DNA of 64,000 nucleotides from a virus, in the IMG/VR virus record IMGVR_UViG_3300001847_000440; one strand, 5' to 3'. Both the position numbers and the translations under genes were made by a program. Under the pieces are notes generated by a model. That model did not search any database. It was not told where the DNA came from and was given only the letters and a program-made list of their open reading frames with translations. Below, in pieces: positions 55,849 through 64,000 of this stretch. The stretch's first letter is position 1. The number at the start of each line of letters is the position of its first letter.

Positions 55849-56898
55849 TTACTTCTTACCTGTATTGTCTTCCTTCTTGCCTGTAGCTTCTTCAACTGTT
55901 TTAGGAGCTACATACTCATAGTTTTCAATACTGTTTTTAATTTTCTTTTTGTCGGCTACCCTTGTTTCCAAGGCCATCCTTTCCATTTGTTTAGATTCCA
56001 GTGCAAGATCATTTACAAATTCATCTTCTGATTGTGCTATTGGATTTTCACCATCATAGATAATATTTTGTCTTTTGTGCAATACTCTTAACTGTATTGC
56101 CTCTTTTACCAGGCTCTTTATTCCAAGAACCTTGTCACTCATTGTAGAAATACGGTTAAACAGTTCTATTGGGTTCTGGCCTTTATATTCACCAAACTCA
56201 ATGGTTTGTCTGTTTATCATACCAAACAAATGATTGAACACGATTTCTGGTTTATCATTGTCTGTGACTGGCAAGCCTATTAATCTAGCCACCCTTCTCT
56301 GCTTATCAACTGTCATAGTCTTCAATCCTTCTACAGCTTTTGCAACAGTCATGTTTTGAGCATAGACTACTGCTGCTTCTGCTTCTGGGTTAGAGACATA
56401 GAATTGTACAGTTGCTTTACAACTTCCCTGCTTGTATTCTTCAAGTGAAGGAGCTATAAGATCAGCTATCTGGGTAAGCCACCAGAATTCAATCTCTTTA
56501 TGGGGGTTTGAAAAGTTATACACATTTTCCCCATCTATCAATTTTACTCTGGAAGCAACAAGACCTGTATTGAACTTCTCTCCATACACACCTGCATAGT
56601 ATTCTGAACGTGGTCCAAGATCAAGCCCTGTTATAGCCTCAAGTCTTTCCTTTCTTTCCTTAACAATTTTTGCTTCTGTATCAGCAGCTTCCGGGTTTAC
56701 CATTCTCATCCTTCGGATGTAATTGGCTTCTGGGTCTAATCCTGTTAGATATTTCCCATCTATTCCTTGTACAGGTACAATTCCTATTCCAGTACCGGGA
56801 TGTCTCATATACCCTTTTTCTGCCAGGGCATTTTTCATTGTCATCTCTCCTTGCTTTGGAGCAGAAGGAAGAGGTAAGATTTTAGCTATCCTTGCCAT
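55849..56898 (-). CDS. Conserved crAss-like post-MCP protein, unknown function (349 aa)
   Basis: Directly downstream of MCP; YLTGLDP motif. Confidence 0.7.
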   Translation of the reverse strand: MARIAKILPLPSAPKQGEMTMKNALAEKGYMRHPGTGIGIVPVQGIDGKYLTGLDPEANYIRRMRMVNPEAADTEAKIVKERKERLEAITGLDLGPRSEYYAGVYGEKFNTGLVASRVKLIDGENVYNFSNPHKEIEFWWLTQIADLIAPSLEEYKQGSCKATVQFYVSNPEAEAAVVYAQNMTVAKAVEGLKTMTVDKQRRVARLIGLPVTDNDKPEIVFNHLFGMINRQTIEFGEYKGQNPIELFNRISTMSDKVLGIKSLVKEAIQLRVLHKRQNIIYDGENPIAQSEDEFVNDLALESKQMERMALETRVADKKKIKNSIENYEYVAPKTVEEATGKKEDNTGKK

Positions 56899-56922
56899 TT
56901 TATGTCACAATATGTAGTTGGT

Positions 56923-56960
56923 GCCCCCCCTCTTTTTTTGGGTGGGGGAAGCTTAACCCA
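56923..56960 (-). promoter_or_regulatory. Predicted H-type RNA pseudoknot in the MCP/post-MCP intergenic region
   Basis: UGGGU-UAA-GCUUCCCC-C-ACCCA-AAAAAAGA-GGGGGGGC: S1 5 bp, S2 8 bp (2 GU), A-rich L3. Confidence 0.55.
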
Positions 56961-56986
56961 TTTTATTTTTATTATACAAAGTTCTA

Positions 56987-58552
56987 TTAGAACTGTGGTA
57001 CCTGCTCAATAAGTGCTGTACGAGTGATATCTTCAATAAAGACATCATAACGGTCCTTCATCCAGATCTTATAACCTGGGAACATGTTTGCTGAACTCAT
57101 ACCTTTTGAAGCAGCATGGCCCATGTGATGATAAGTACCATCTATATAACCCCAAGTCATTGAAGGAGCAGATGATGGTCTTACTTCCCGGATGTTGTCA
57201 GATGCCATCTGATCACCCTGTGGTGAAACATCAAACACCATAAATACTGGTGTAGATTTTTTGTTCCTACCATATTCAGAGTTAGTCTGAGGCAGGTCAA
57301 GTTCCATCAGGTGAGACACTTCAATCCTACCGGTATCCATAGTTACCATTGAATCAAATGCCCAGTTGATTGTCATGTTCTGGCCTTTACCTTCAATGAA
57401 ACGGTTGTCAGCTATGATTGTGAAACCAGCTTTCAACAGGTCATCTTTGGCAGCTGTACGGAATACCTCTATACCGGCTTCATTGGTAAACAGTTTCACC
57501 CTACGGTTCTTCATGTCTTCCCTACGGTAGAACAGGTCACCAAATACATTACGGATAATGTTGATTGAGAACTGGCCGGCATTATACTGCTCTAGGTTAC
57601 CATAAGCCCTCATACGTGGGTAAACACCCATAGACAGCTTCTTCATTTCCTGGTTGCCACCAAAGGTACGGGAAGTACCTCCCTGTGCCCAGATCATTTT
57701 CTTAACCTTCATGTCCAGCATCCTTTTACGGAGTTCCATTTCAATGAATGGTTCCCATGCTGTAACATATTTATGCTCACCTTCTTGGTTACGTACTTTC
57801 TTTGAGTACATAATCAGGTCAATCATATTGCCATCACGGTCTTGGCCCCTCTTTGCAGAGTTAGCAATCTTTGTGTCAGCCCAGTCTGTAACTGTATGTT
57901 CAACCATTGAAGCAGAGCCCAGAGATTCATACAAAGTGATTTCATCACCCAATGTACCAAGGCCGGAACCCCTTTCATCATATTCACCGGTTGCATTATA
58001 CAGGAATTCAAACTCACGGCCTTCTGCCAACCATTGTGGATCTACTGATGTAGTCAGTGGGTTGGTAGTTACAAGCTGCATAGTGTATTTCCAAGCCCGG
58101 CCATAAGGAACAGGATCATTGATAACAATGAACTGCTGACCATACATACGGTTAGGGCTGATAACGTCATTGATAAAGAATTCTTTTTTGTCAAACACCA
58201 TTTCAAATGTCTGGCCATCTATACCAATATTGCTGAGAGACAGAGTGCTATCCGGAACTTCTACAAGCACAGGGAACTGGTAAGGAACATTTACTTTCCA
58301 TTTCCAGTAATCAGTAGCTTTGTCAATGTAGTAAGGTTTTGACTTCATGATCATTTGCAGGAAGTCATTGGAATACAAACTTGTCTGAGTGTACAAACTA
58401 ATTATTTTTTTGTCGTAGTCTGCAGGAGACTCAGAATGCAGCATCTGGATATGGTTAGAATCTGTAAACTTTCCCAGAGCCCTCTTGTTCATTGAGGAGT
58501 ATCTTGTTGCTATGTATCCTGAACTATAGCCAGGTATCTGTTGTAATGCCAT
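56987..58552 (-). CDS. Major capsid protein (521 aa), crAss-like HK97 fold
   Basis: LYTQTSLYSNDFLQMI...WKWKV...; position after scaffold/portal; MTWGYIDG and GY.IWMKDR.DVFIED motifs. Confidence 0.9.
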   Translation of the reverse strand: MALQQIPGYSSGYIATRYSSMNKRALGKFTDSNHIQMLHSESPADYDKKIISLYTQTSLYSNDFLQMIMKSKPYYIDKATDYWKWKVNVPYQFPVLVEVPDSTLSLSNIGIDGQTFEMVFDKKEFFINDVISPNRMYGQQFIVINDPVPYGRAWKYTMQLVTTNPLTTSVDPQWLAEGREFEFLYNATGEYDERGSGLGTLGDEITLYESLGSASMVEHTVTDWADTKIANSAKRGQDRDGNMIDLIMYSKKVRNQEGEHKYVTAWEPFIEMELRKRMLDMKVKKMIWAQGGTSRTFGGNQEMKKLSMGVYPRMRAYGNLEQYNAGQFSINIIRNVFGDLFYRREDMKNRRVKLFTNEAGIEVFRTAAKDDLLKAGFTIIADNRFIEGKGQNMTINWAFDSMVTMDTGRIEVSHLMELDLPQTNSEYGRNKKSTPVFMVFDVSPQGDQMASDNIREVRPSSAPSMTWGYIDGTYHHMGHAASKGMSSANMFPGYKIWMKDRYDVFIEDITRTALIEQVPQF

Positions 58553-58575
58553 TGTTAATTTAATTTAGTTTATAA

Positions 58576-59841
58576 TTATAGTCCTTGTAAAAATTCTGAT
58601 GTACTTTTTGAACTGCCAGGTAAAGATGAAGCTTTGACTTTCTTAGATTTAACAAAGTTAAAAAGTTCATTGCTTTCTTTACTTACAGCTTTCTTAGCTA
58701 CCGGCACAAGATCAAGAGTCAATGGTTTACCTGGTTCATATCCTTTCATCAGAAGCAAAGCAAGTTTTACTTTAGTAGCATGATTCTGAGGATGTTGAAG
58801 ATCCATTATTACCCGGTCAAAGTCTGTAATAAGTTCACCACTCTGCAGTTTCCATTTTTTTGTTTCCAAAAAGTCTACTGCTTTATTGGCCGATTCTTTA
58901 TTCACAGGTATACCATCAAAGTCTTGGCTGGCAACTTTTTCACTTAATATTGTTCTGATATTTGTTGCATACTGTTGATCAATTTGTTTTCTCCTTTCTA
59001 ACCTTGCTCTAGATTCTTCTTCTATCCGAGTTAGTCTGGCTTCTTCAAATTTTACAAGAGCTTTATGGTGCCTTTGTGCAGTTGATTCAAGGTCAGCATT
59101 AAGTTTTAATTTCTTAACCTCTGCTTTGATATCATCTTCATCCCAGTCCTGATTCCTTAAAGCAGTTACTACAACATGTTCCTGGTTATCTTCATCAGAC
59201 ATATCCATGTCTTTAAAGTTCTGGACTTCCATGTATTTGTTTACATACTCTTTAGGGTCAGCTCCATTTACAAAAACTGCATTAAATAATTCTCTATATT
59301 CTTCACCGTGTCTACCGGCAAAGCTGTGAACCATTTGTTCTGCAACTTTTTGTTTTTCCCAATTAAACCTCTCAATGAATTCCTCTGATGTTGCAGGTAG
59401 CTCATCACCGTCTTCATTATCCGGAGTAAAGATTCCTACCTTATATAGATCTTTTGCTAATGCTTCAAAATCATTGTCAGTGTCAGAACCTTCTTCTTCA
59501 TCATCTCCTTTTGAATCTTCAGACTCTTTTGATGCTTTTTTTGGATTTGAATTATTTGCAGGTGTTTCATCATCAGATTCTTCACCTTCAATAAACTTAC
59601 GTGCATCTTCCTCTTCTTTTTGTTTTGCTGCTTTTGCTTGCTGTGCCCTTTCCTCATCAGAAAGTGCTTTGCCTTTTTCTGCAGCTTCCTGCTTATCCTT
59701 TTCAGTAGCAGGTTTTACTTCTGTATTTTTTGGATTGGGAAGAGGAGTATCTTCCATGTAAGCTTCAAACTCTTGTGCATCTGTTTGTGCTGCCTCAACA
59801 CTAAAGTCAAGGTCTTCATTGAAGAAGTTATCTTGTGCCAT
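58576..59841 (-). CDS. Acidic scaffold-like protein upstream of MCP (421 aa)
   Basis: Very acidic N-terminal half, coiled coil, DFDGIP motif; synteny. Confidence 0.7.
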   Translation of the reverse strand: MAQDNFFNEDLDFSVEAAQTDAQEFEAYMEDTPLPNPKNTEVKPATEKDKQEAAEKGKALSDEERAQQAKAAKQKEEEDARKFIEGEESDDETPANNSNPKKASKESEDSKGDDEEEGSDTDNDFEALAKDLYKVGIFTPDNEDGDELPATSEEFIERFNWEKQKVAEQMVHSFAGRHGEEYRELFNAVFVNGADPKEYVNKYMEVQNFKDMDMSDEDNQEHVVVTALRNQDWDEDDIKAEVKKLKLNADLESTAQRHHKALVKFEEARLTRIEEESRARLERRKQIDQQYATNIRTILSEKVASQDFDGIPVNKESANKAVDFLETKKWKLQSGELITDFDRVIMDLQHPQNHATKVKLALLLMKGYEPGKPLTLDLVPVAKKAVSKESNELFNFVKSKKVKASSLPGSSKSTSEFLQGL

Positions 59842-59869
59842 ATGTAGTTGTAATTGTTACGTAAAGGTA
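59840..59869 (-). promoter_or_regulatory. Candidate promoter TACCTTTAC plus CAACTACATAT element at the scaffold start
   Basis: TAnnTTTAC is shared with 25267-25259; the 11-mer CAACTACATAT is shared with 56920-56910. Confidence 0.4.
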
Positions 59870-59954
59870 GAAATGGTTTTTAATACACAGTCATTTTTTA
59901 CTCAGTTACTTAAAAAATACTGTTTTTCTTATACCGTTTGTTTAATAAAATACC

Positions 59955-62636
59955 CTATTCTTTATTATTAGAACCTGTTTTTTTCTTCATTATTTTTACT
60001 TTCTCCTTCTCAATATCATTTCTTTCAGACTCCAAAGCCAGCTTTCTTTCCTTGTGCATTGCATCTGTTTGAGCAGAGCTGTTATCCTGTTGCAGCTTAC
60101 GTTTCATCATTTCTACTTTCATCTCTTCTATGTCACGTTTGTAGATAGATTCCTGCTGCTTAAGGTTCATGGACATAATATCTTTGTAATCAGGTGAACC
60201 TTCTGTAGATAGACTGTCCTTATGTAGCTGTATCCTTTCTTTAATTTGTGCTACAGTCAAGGCTGTATTGGCCTCTGTATCTATCTTGTATACTTGTACC
60301 TGGATGTCATCATCATGCTTCTTCTGTTCCATAGCAGCTTCCTGCTCCATCTTCTGCTGCTCCATTTGTTGTTGTTGTTGCTGTAGCTGTTGATTCTGCT
60401 GCTGTATTTGATCTTGTTTCTCTTTAAGCCTTTTGTATGTGTCCATCAACTTCCGGGTAGAAGTCTCTGTATACATCTGTGATACCTCATAAAGACTGGC
60501 ACCATTCTGCATTGCAGCCTGAGCAAGTCCTTGTATCTGTTGAAACACTCTCATATCATCAGAACGTGATGTCATAAATAGTTTGATATCTCTGTTCTTA
60601 AGTTGTGTCTCTGTCTGTATTTTAATAAAAGCATTGCCACCTTCTGAATCAATAAAGCTTAAAGTAGATTCTGGTTTTCTACTTTCCAGGTAAAGAGCAA
60701 TGTCCAAGATGCATTGTAACTCTTGGTTCTCTACATATTCCTGCTGTACAAAGTAAGGTTCTGTTTGTGCATATGATTGGGACACTGCTGTATTAGTACC
60801 TGTTGCAGATTCTGAAGCTGTAATAGATCCTAGCCTTTGCCGGTTAAGCCCAATAAGTTCCCAGCACTCATTCTTTAGTTGCATAGCAAGTTCATACCTT
60901 GTTTGCATCTGCTGAGAAAGAGTCCAGTCTACTACTGTGTACTGGTTAAAAGAAGATGGTTTCTTTGTATTGTCAGGTGAATCATCTATCCATACTACAC
61001 CCATCTCTTCTGCCTGTCTTTCCCATATTTCCATTGAGTCCTCATAGGTACCACCTTTTTGTAAAGGAACATGTCTACGTGACATCAAAAGTACTTTACC
61101 TTTTTCCTTTTCAAGCAACCGGTACAACTGATTCATACAGATGTTGTAAAGAGTCTGAAAAGGTTTCATCAGGTCTACCAGAGAAGTAGATATTGTATTT
61201 TCAATCTCATGTATAACACCTACAATAGGACAATAGTCAAGTATCTCCAGTGGCTCAACGTAGTAGATATCATCTCCTATTTTTATTCCTTTGTACCATT
61301 GGTTTTCCCATTTCCATTCAATAGATATCTCTTGAGGATGTGAACCATCTTTATAGTCATCACTAACCATTACAGATTGAACTTCTCCATCTTTATCTAC
61401 AAATGTCAAAAGACCTATTTTTCTTTTTGATTTCCAGTAGGCAGTTGTAACAATAAACCTATTACCAAATGTACCTACAGATGGTGCTGCATTACCAAGA
61501 AGACCATTAACATCCTGGTTGTTATCGTTGTTCATCCAGGCTTCCATGTTCTGTCTTTCCCTTAAAACAAGATCATCATAAGTATTGTATTGAATACTCT
61601 CTATACCAGTCTTACCTTCTTCCAAATTAGTAGTCCTTGAATATGGGTAGAAGGCCTGCATTGCATAGTTACGAAGATGATCAATCTCTTCTTCTGTAAG
61701 GTCATACTTGTCTATAATTTCTGATAGTTCCATAATTTCTATCAGTCCTGCTGCATAAGCATCCTTAATATACTTTTTATCTGGTGTAGTAAGCCACCAC
61801 ACATTCTTAGGATTTACTTTCTCTGCTTTAAATCCAGTTCTACTTCTGTCTTCATAATTGTGGTAAAACTCTCTGTTACAGATAAGCAAATCCCTAAAGC
61901 CTTGCTCAAACTCTTCTTTAAGATTGAACTCTCTTTTTAAAGCCTGTAACATATTAGAAGCCCATGTTTCTGCAGCAGAACTGTAGTTAACCATGTACTC
62001 TTTTACTTTGTCAGCAGTAAGCTGCTCTACCTGCTGGTTTACTTCTTCCAAGTTAGACATATCAACACCTTGCTCTTTCAGCTTGTTGTATATCTGTTGC
62101 TTTGCACTATCAATAATGTAAGTTTGATACAGTTGTGTATAGAACTGCCCCTCTTCACTTTTTGATTGGTCATCTACAGCTTTTGGCCGGGCAACATCTG
62201 GTCTCTTTGATTTTTCACCAACCATTGTATTGACAGGTGGATTGAGTATTGGGTAGTGCTGCACATAAGCAGGTAAATCAACATCCCTGATTAGCTCATC
62301 TACAAAAGACATAACCGGGCCCTCAGCATAAAAGTCTTCAGGTCTTAGTTTACCTTTTAGCAGTTCATAGTTCCTCACTATCTTAATACGTTGATAGTTA
62401 TACTGAGCCAATGCAACTGTGTAGAAGTAGTCCATATTTATCTTCCACCAGTTACCTGACCTTTTAGTAATACCATTTACATGCTGCCGTGGCATAGGTA
62501 TCACATTACCTGCCTTATCAGTTAACCTTCTTTCTTTGTCTATATCAAGACCTTCTCCTATAAACTGATCAGGGAATAAATTTAAAAGCACCTCTTGAGG
62601 TGCATTATATTCGGCTAAATACTTTATGATTGCCAT
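59955..62636 (-). CDS. Portal protein (893 aa)
   Basis: Between terminase and scaffold; NYELLKG, ILNPPVNTMVGE, LMKPFQTLYN...NQL; Q-rich C-terminal barrel. Confidence 0.9.
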   Translation of the reverse strand: MAIIKYLAEYNAPQEVLLNLFPDQFIGEGLDIDKERRLTDKAGNVIPMPRQHVNGITKRSGNWWKINMDYFYTVALAQYNYQRIKIVRNYELLKGKLRPEDFYAEGPVMSFVDELIRDVDLPAYVQHYPILNPPVNTMVGEKSKRPDVARPKAVDDQSKSEEGQFYTQLYQTYIIDSAKQQIYNKLKEQGVDMSNLEEVNQQVEQLTADKVKEYMVNYSSAAETWASNMLQALKREFNLKEEFEQGFRDLLICNREFYHNYEDRSRTGFKAEKVNPKNVWWLTTPDKKYIKDAYAAGLIEIMELSEIIDKYDLTEEEIDHLRNYAMQAFYPYSRTTNLEEGKTGIESIQYNTYDDLVLRERQNMEAWMNNDNNQDVNGLLGNAAPSVGTFGNRFIVTTAYWKSKRKIGLLTFVDKDGEVQSVMVSDDYKDGSHPQEISIEWKWENQWYKGIKIGDDIYYVEPLEILDYCPIVGVIHEIENTISTSLVDLMKPFQTLYNICMNQLYRLLEKEKGKVLLMSRRHVPLQKGGTYEDSMEIWERQAEEMGVVWIDDSPDNTKKPSSFNQYTVVDWTLSQQMQTRYELAMQLKNECWELIGLNRQRLGSITASESATGTNTAVSQSYAQTEPYFVQQEYVENQELQCILDIALYLESRKPESTLSFIDSEGGNAFIKIQTETQLKNRDIKLFMTSRSDDMRVFQQIQGLAQAAMQNGASLYEVSQMYTETSTRKLMDTYKRLKEKQDQIQQQNQQLQQQQQQMEQQKMEQEAAMEQKKHDDDIQVQVYKIDTEANTALTVAQIKERIQLHKDSLSTEGSPDYKDIMSMNLKQQESIYKRDIEEMKVEMMKRKLQQDNSSAQTDAMHKERKLALESERNDIEKEKVKIMKKKTGSNNKE

Positions 62637-62650
62637 ATTATAATATTTGT

Positions 62651-64000
62651 TTACTTAAACAATCGTTTAAATCTGTTACTTCCAATTGTAGAATGAAAAT
62701 CCAGTTGCTTGAAGACACCTGATGACTTTCTTCTTTTCATATCTGGTTCTTTAAATCTAGGATCTATATCTTCAATAGTTACTTGTATCCTCTGCAAGTC
62801 CATTTTTCTTGCACAGGTAATAGCTATAGACAGAGCTCTGATCCTATCAAAGTTACCATCTTTATTCCACTTAATTACTTCATCCAAAAACACAGGGTCA
62901 TAAATCTTGGCTACACCAAGAATCTTTTTTGTCTCCTCAGAAGTACCTACAGCAACAGAAGTAAAGTGCTCCTCCATGTACTGTTTAAGGTTAGTGTTAA
63001 ATAATTCTATATTTCTTGGAGACGAGCTTACTCCTTTCTGCCTCAGGTTAGCACTACTGTTTGGGCTATACTCTTTAATCCAATCCGGTGTATCCATAAG
63101 CATATGGCCCTCACCTTTAGCAATCATGTAGTCTATAAAAGACATCTCATCATTTTCACATAAAGCTGTAGCATTGTAATACTTAATAAGCATCCGGGCT
63201 GTATTGTTCCAAGTATCTTTACTCTCTGGCCGGGCTACATACCAAGCCACCGGCATGTCTTGAAAACTATCACTCAATGCATCATATGATCTTTTAAATA
63301 TATACACAGCACCAAGAGAATCAGAGTGTACTGCTTTAGCAAACCTATAGGGATCTATACCTGCAACATAAAGGCCGTATGGAGGGTCTGGTACAGGGTG
63401 TTCTAATATAACTACCGGGCAATCAGTATTCTCTTTTGCATTTCTTGGAAAAGCCATTACCGGTAACTTAATGGATGGCTTATGTTTTACCAGGCCCTCC
63501 TCTTCATACAGGTCTATATACATACCTACCCTCAGACCTGGGAACTGTGTCTCAAGCCTATCTTTTTGGTTACGTGCTATATCTGTATTGAAATAATTTT
63601 CAGATGATGACAAGAAACACTCTCTTGGGGTAAGTGGGTAGTACATTATAAGTTTCAGGTACTCAGTCTGATCAGGGTCAGTTGCCTTGTTAGCCCTTTC
63701 TTCTTTAATAAGAGTAAGTGCTTTTATCTTATCTGAAGCATGGAAGGTTATCAAGTCAAGGTCTTTTGTCTGGTGTTTTATTTTGCCTTCTGCTCTCAGG
63801 TAATCCCCAAGTGTGGTTTCATACTTACAATCCAGTCTGTATAAACCAGACATGAACACACATGTTCTTTCCCCTGTCTGTGGGTCTGTTACTGCAAGAA
63901 AATTGTTGGCATCAGGATGATAAAAGAACCTTTCTGCATCTGCTCCTTTTTCAAAAGATCCACCGGTGCCAAAAAGAAGTGGCACACACCTCCAACCAAA
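62651..64000 (-). CDS. terL: Terminase large subunit, C-terminal part (5'-truncated)
   Basis: The frame stays open to base 64000 (FGWRCVPLLFGTGG); RNase H-like nuclease motifs YVAGIDPY...SDSLGAVY, ALCEN, GNFDRI. Confidence 0.92.
   Translation of the reverse strand, partial: FGWRCVPLLFGTGGSFEKGADAERFFYHPDANNFLAVTDPQTGERTCVFMSGLYRLDCKYETTLGDYLRAEGKIKHQTKDLDLITFHASDKIKALTLIKEERANKATDPDQTEYLKLIMYYPLTPRECFLSSSENYFNTDIARNQKDRLETQFPGLRVGMYIDLYEEEGLVKHKPSIKLPVMAFPRNAKENTDCPVVILEHPVPDPPYGLYVAGIDPYRFAKAVHSDSLGAVYIFKRSYDALSDSFQDMPVAWYVARPESKDTWNNTARMLIKYYNATALCENDEMSFIDYMIAKGEGHMLMDTPDWIKEYSPNSSANLRQKGVSSSPRNIELFNTNLKQYMEEHFTSVAVGTSEETKKILGVAKIYDPVFLDEVIKWNKDGNFDRIRALSIAITCARKMDLQRIQVTIEDIDPRFKEPDMKRRKSSGVFKQLDFHSTIGSNRFKRLFK

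Noticed and set aside
56960-56995. Readthrough or frameshift extension of the MCP stimulated by the pseudoknot
   Set aside because: TAA is followed directly by in-frame TAG, there is no slippery heptamer, and the 28-nt spacing is too long.
60340-60420. CAG/CAA repeat (poly-Gln) in the portal gene
   Set aside because: Q-rich C-terminal coiled coils are ordinary in portals of this group.
65-63131. Numerous plus-strand ORFs, and short nested minus-strand ORFs (16266, 44744, 54541, 57823, 59457)
   Set aside because: They are antisense or alternate-frame shadows of long genes, with atypical composition and no motifs.
62651-63985. GTG at 63985 as the true terminase start
   Set aside because: The frame stays open to the window edge and the ATPase Walker motifs are absent, so the gene begins outside the window.
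1-64000. Stop-codon reassignment (TAG=Gln or TGA=Trp), common in Crassvirales
   Set aside because: Very long ORFs are intact in the standard code, and TAG (7696, 42047, 50769) and TGA (45483) end genes exactly where the next gene starts.
1-64000. CRISPR arrays, tRNA or rRNA genes
   Set aside because: No regularly spaced repeats or cloverleaf sequences were seen, and the intergenic gaps (about 110 nt or less) are all accounted for.

Overview
The window is a 64-kb piece of a crAss-like (Crassvirales-type) Bacteroidota phage genome. All credible genes are on the minus strand, tightly packed and readable in the standard genetic code. Read right to left it holds: terminase large subunit (5'-truncated), portal, scaffold-like protein, major capsid protein (MCP), post-MCP protein, ring protein and auxiliary capsid protein, then an intrinsic terminator. 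Next come a six-gene lysis cassette, tail hub/fibre genes, ring and IHF-like genes, the muzzle, three cargo proteins and a 4927-aa virion RNA polymerase polyprotein (DFDID). A three-gene insert follows: clan-MH Zn peptidase, PurD-fold ATP-grasp ligase carrying a LAGLIDADG intein, and a 132-aa unknown. The last gene is a >1452-aa polyvalent protein at 1-4356 that runs off the window edge and is absent from the ORF track. Most interesting: (1) the ligase/peptidase cassette inside the ejected-protein module; (2) a circularly permuted histidine phosphatase, plus NTase and PD-(D/E)XK domains, in the giant protein; (3) an H-type RNA pseudoknot after the MCP gene; (4) an apparently split GH108 endolysin; (5) GG-motif-delimited modular cargo proteins. 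All assignments come from motifs read by eye and gene order; no searches were run.
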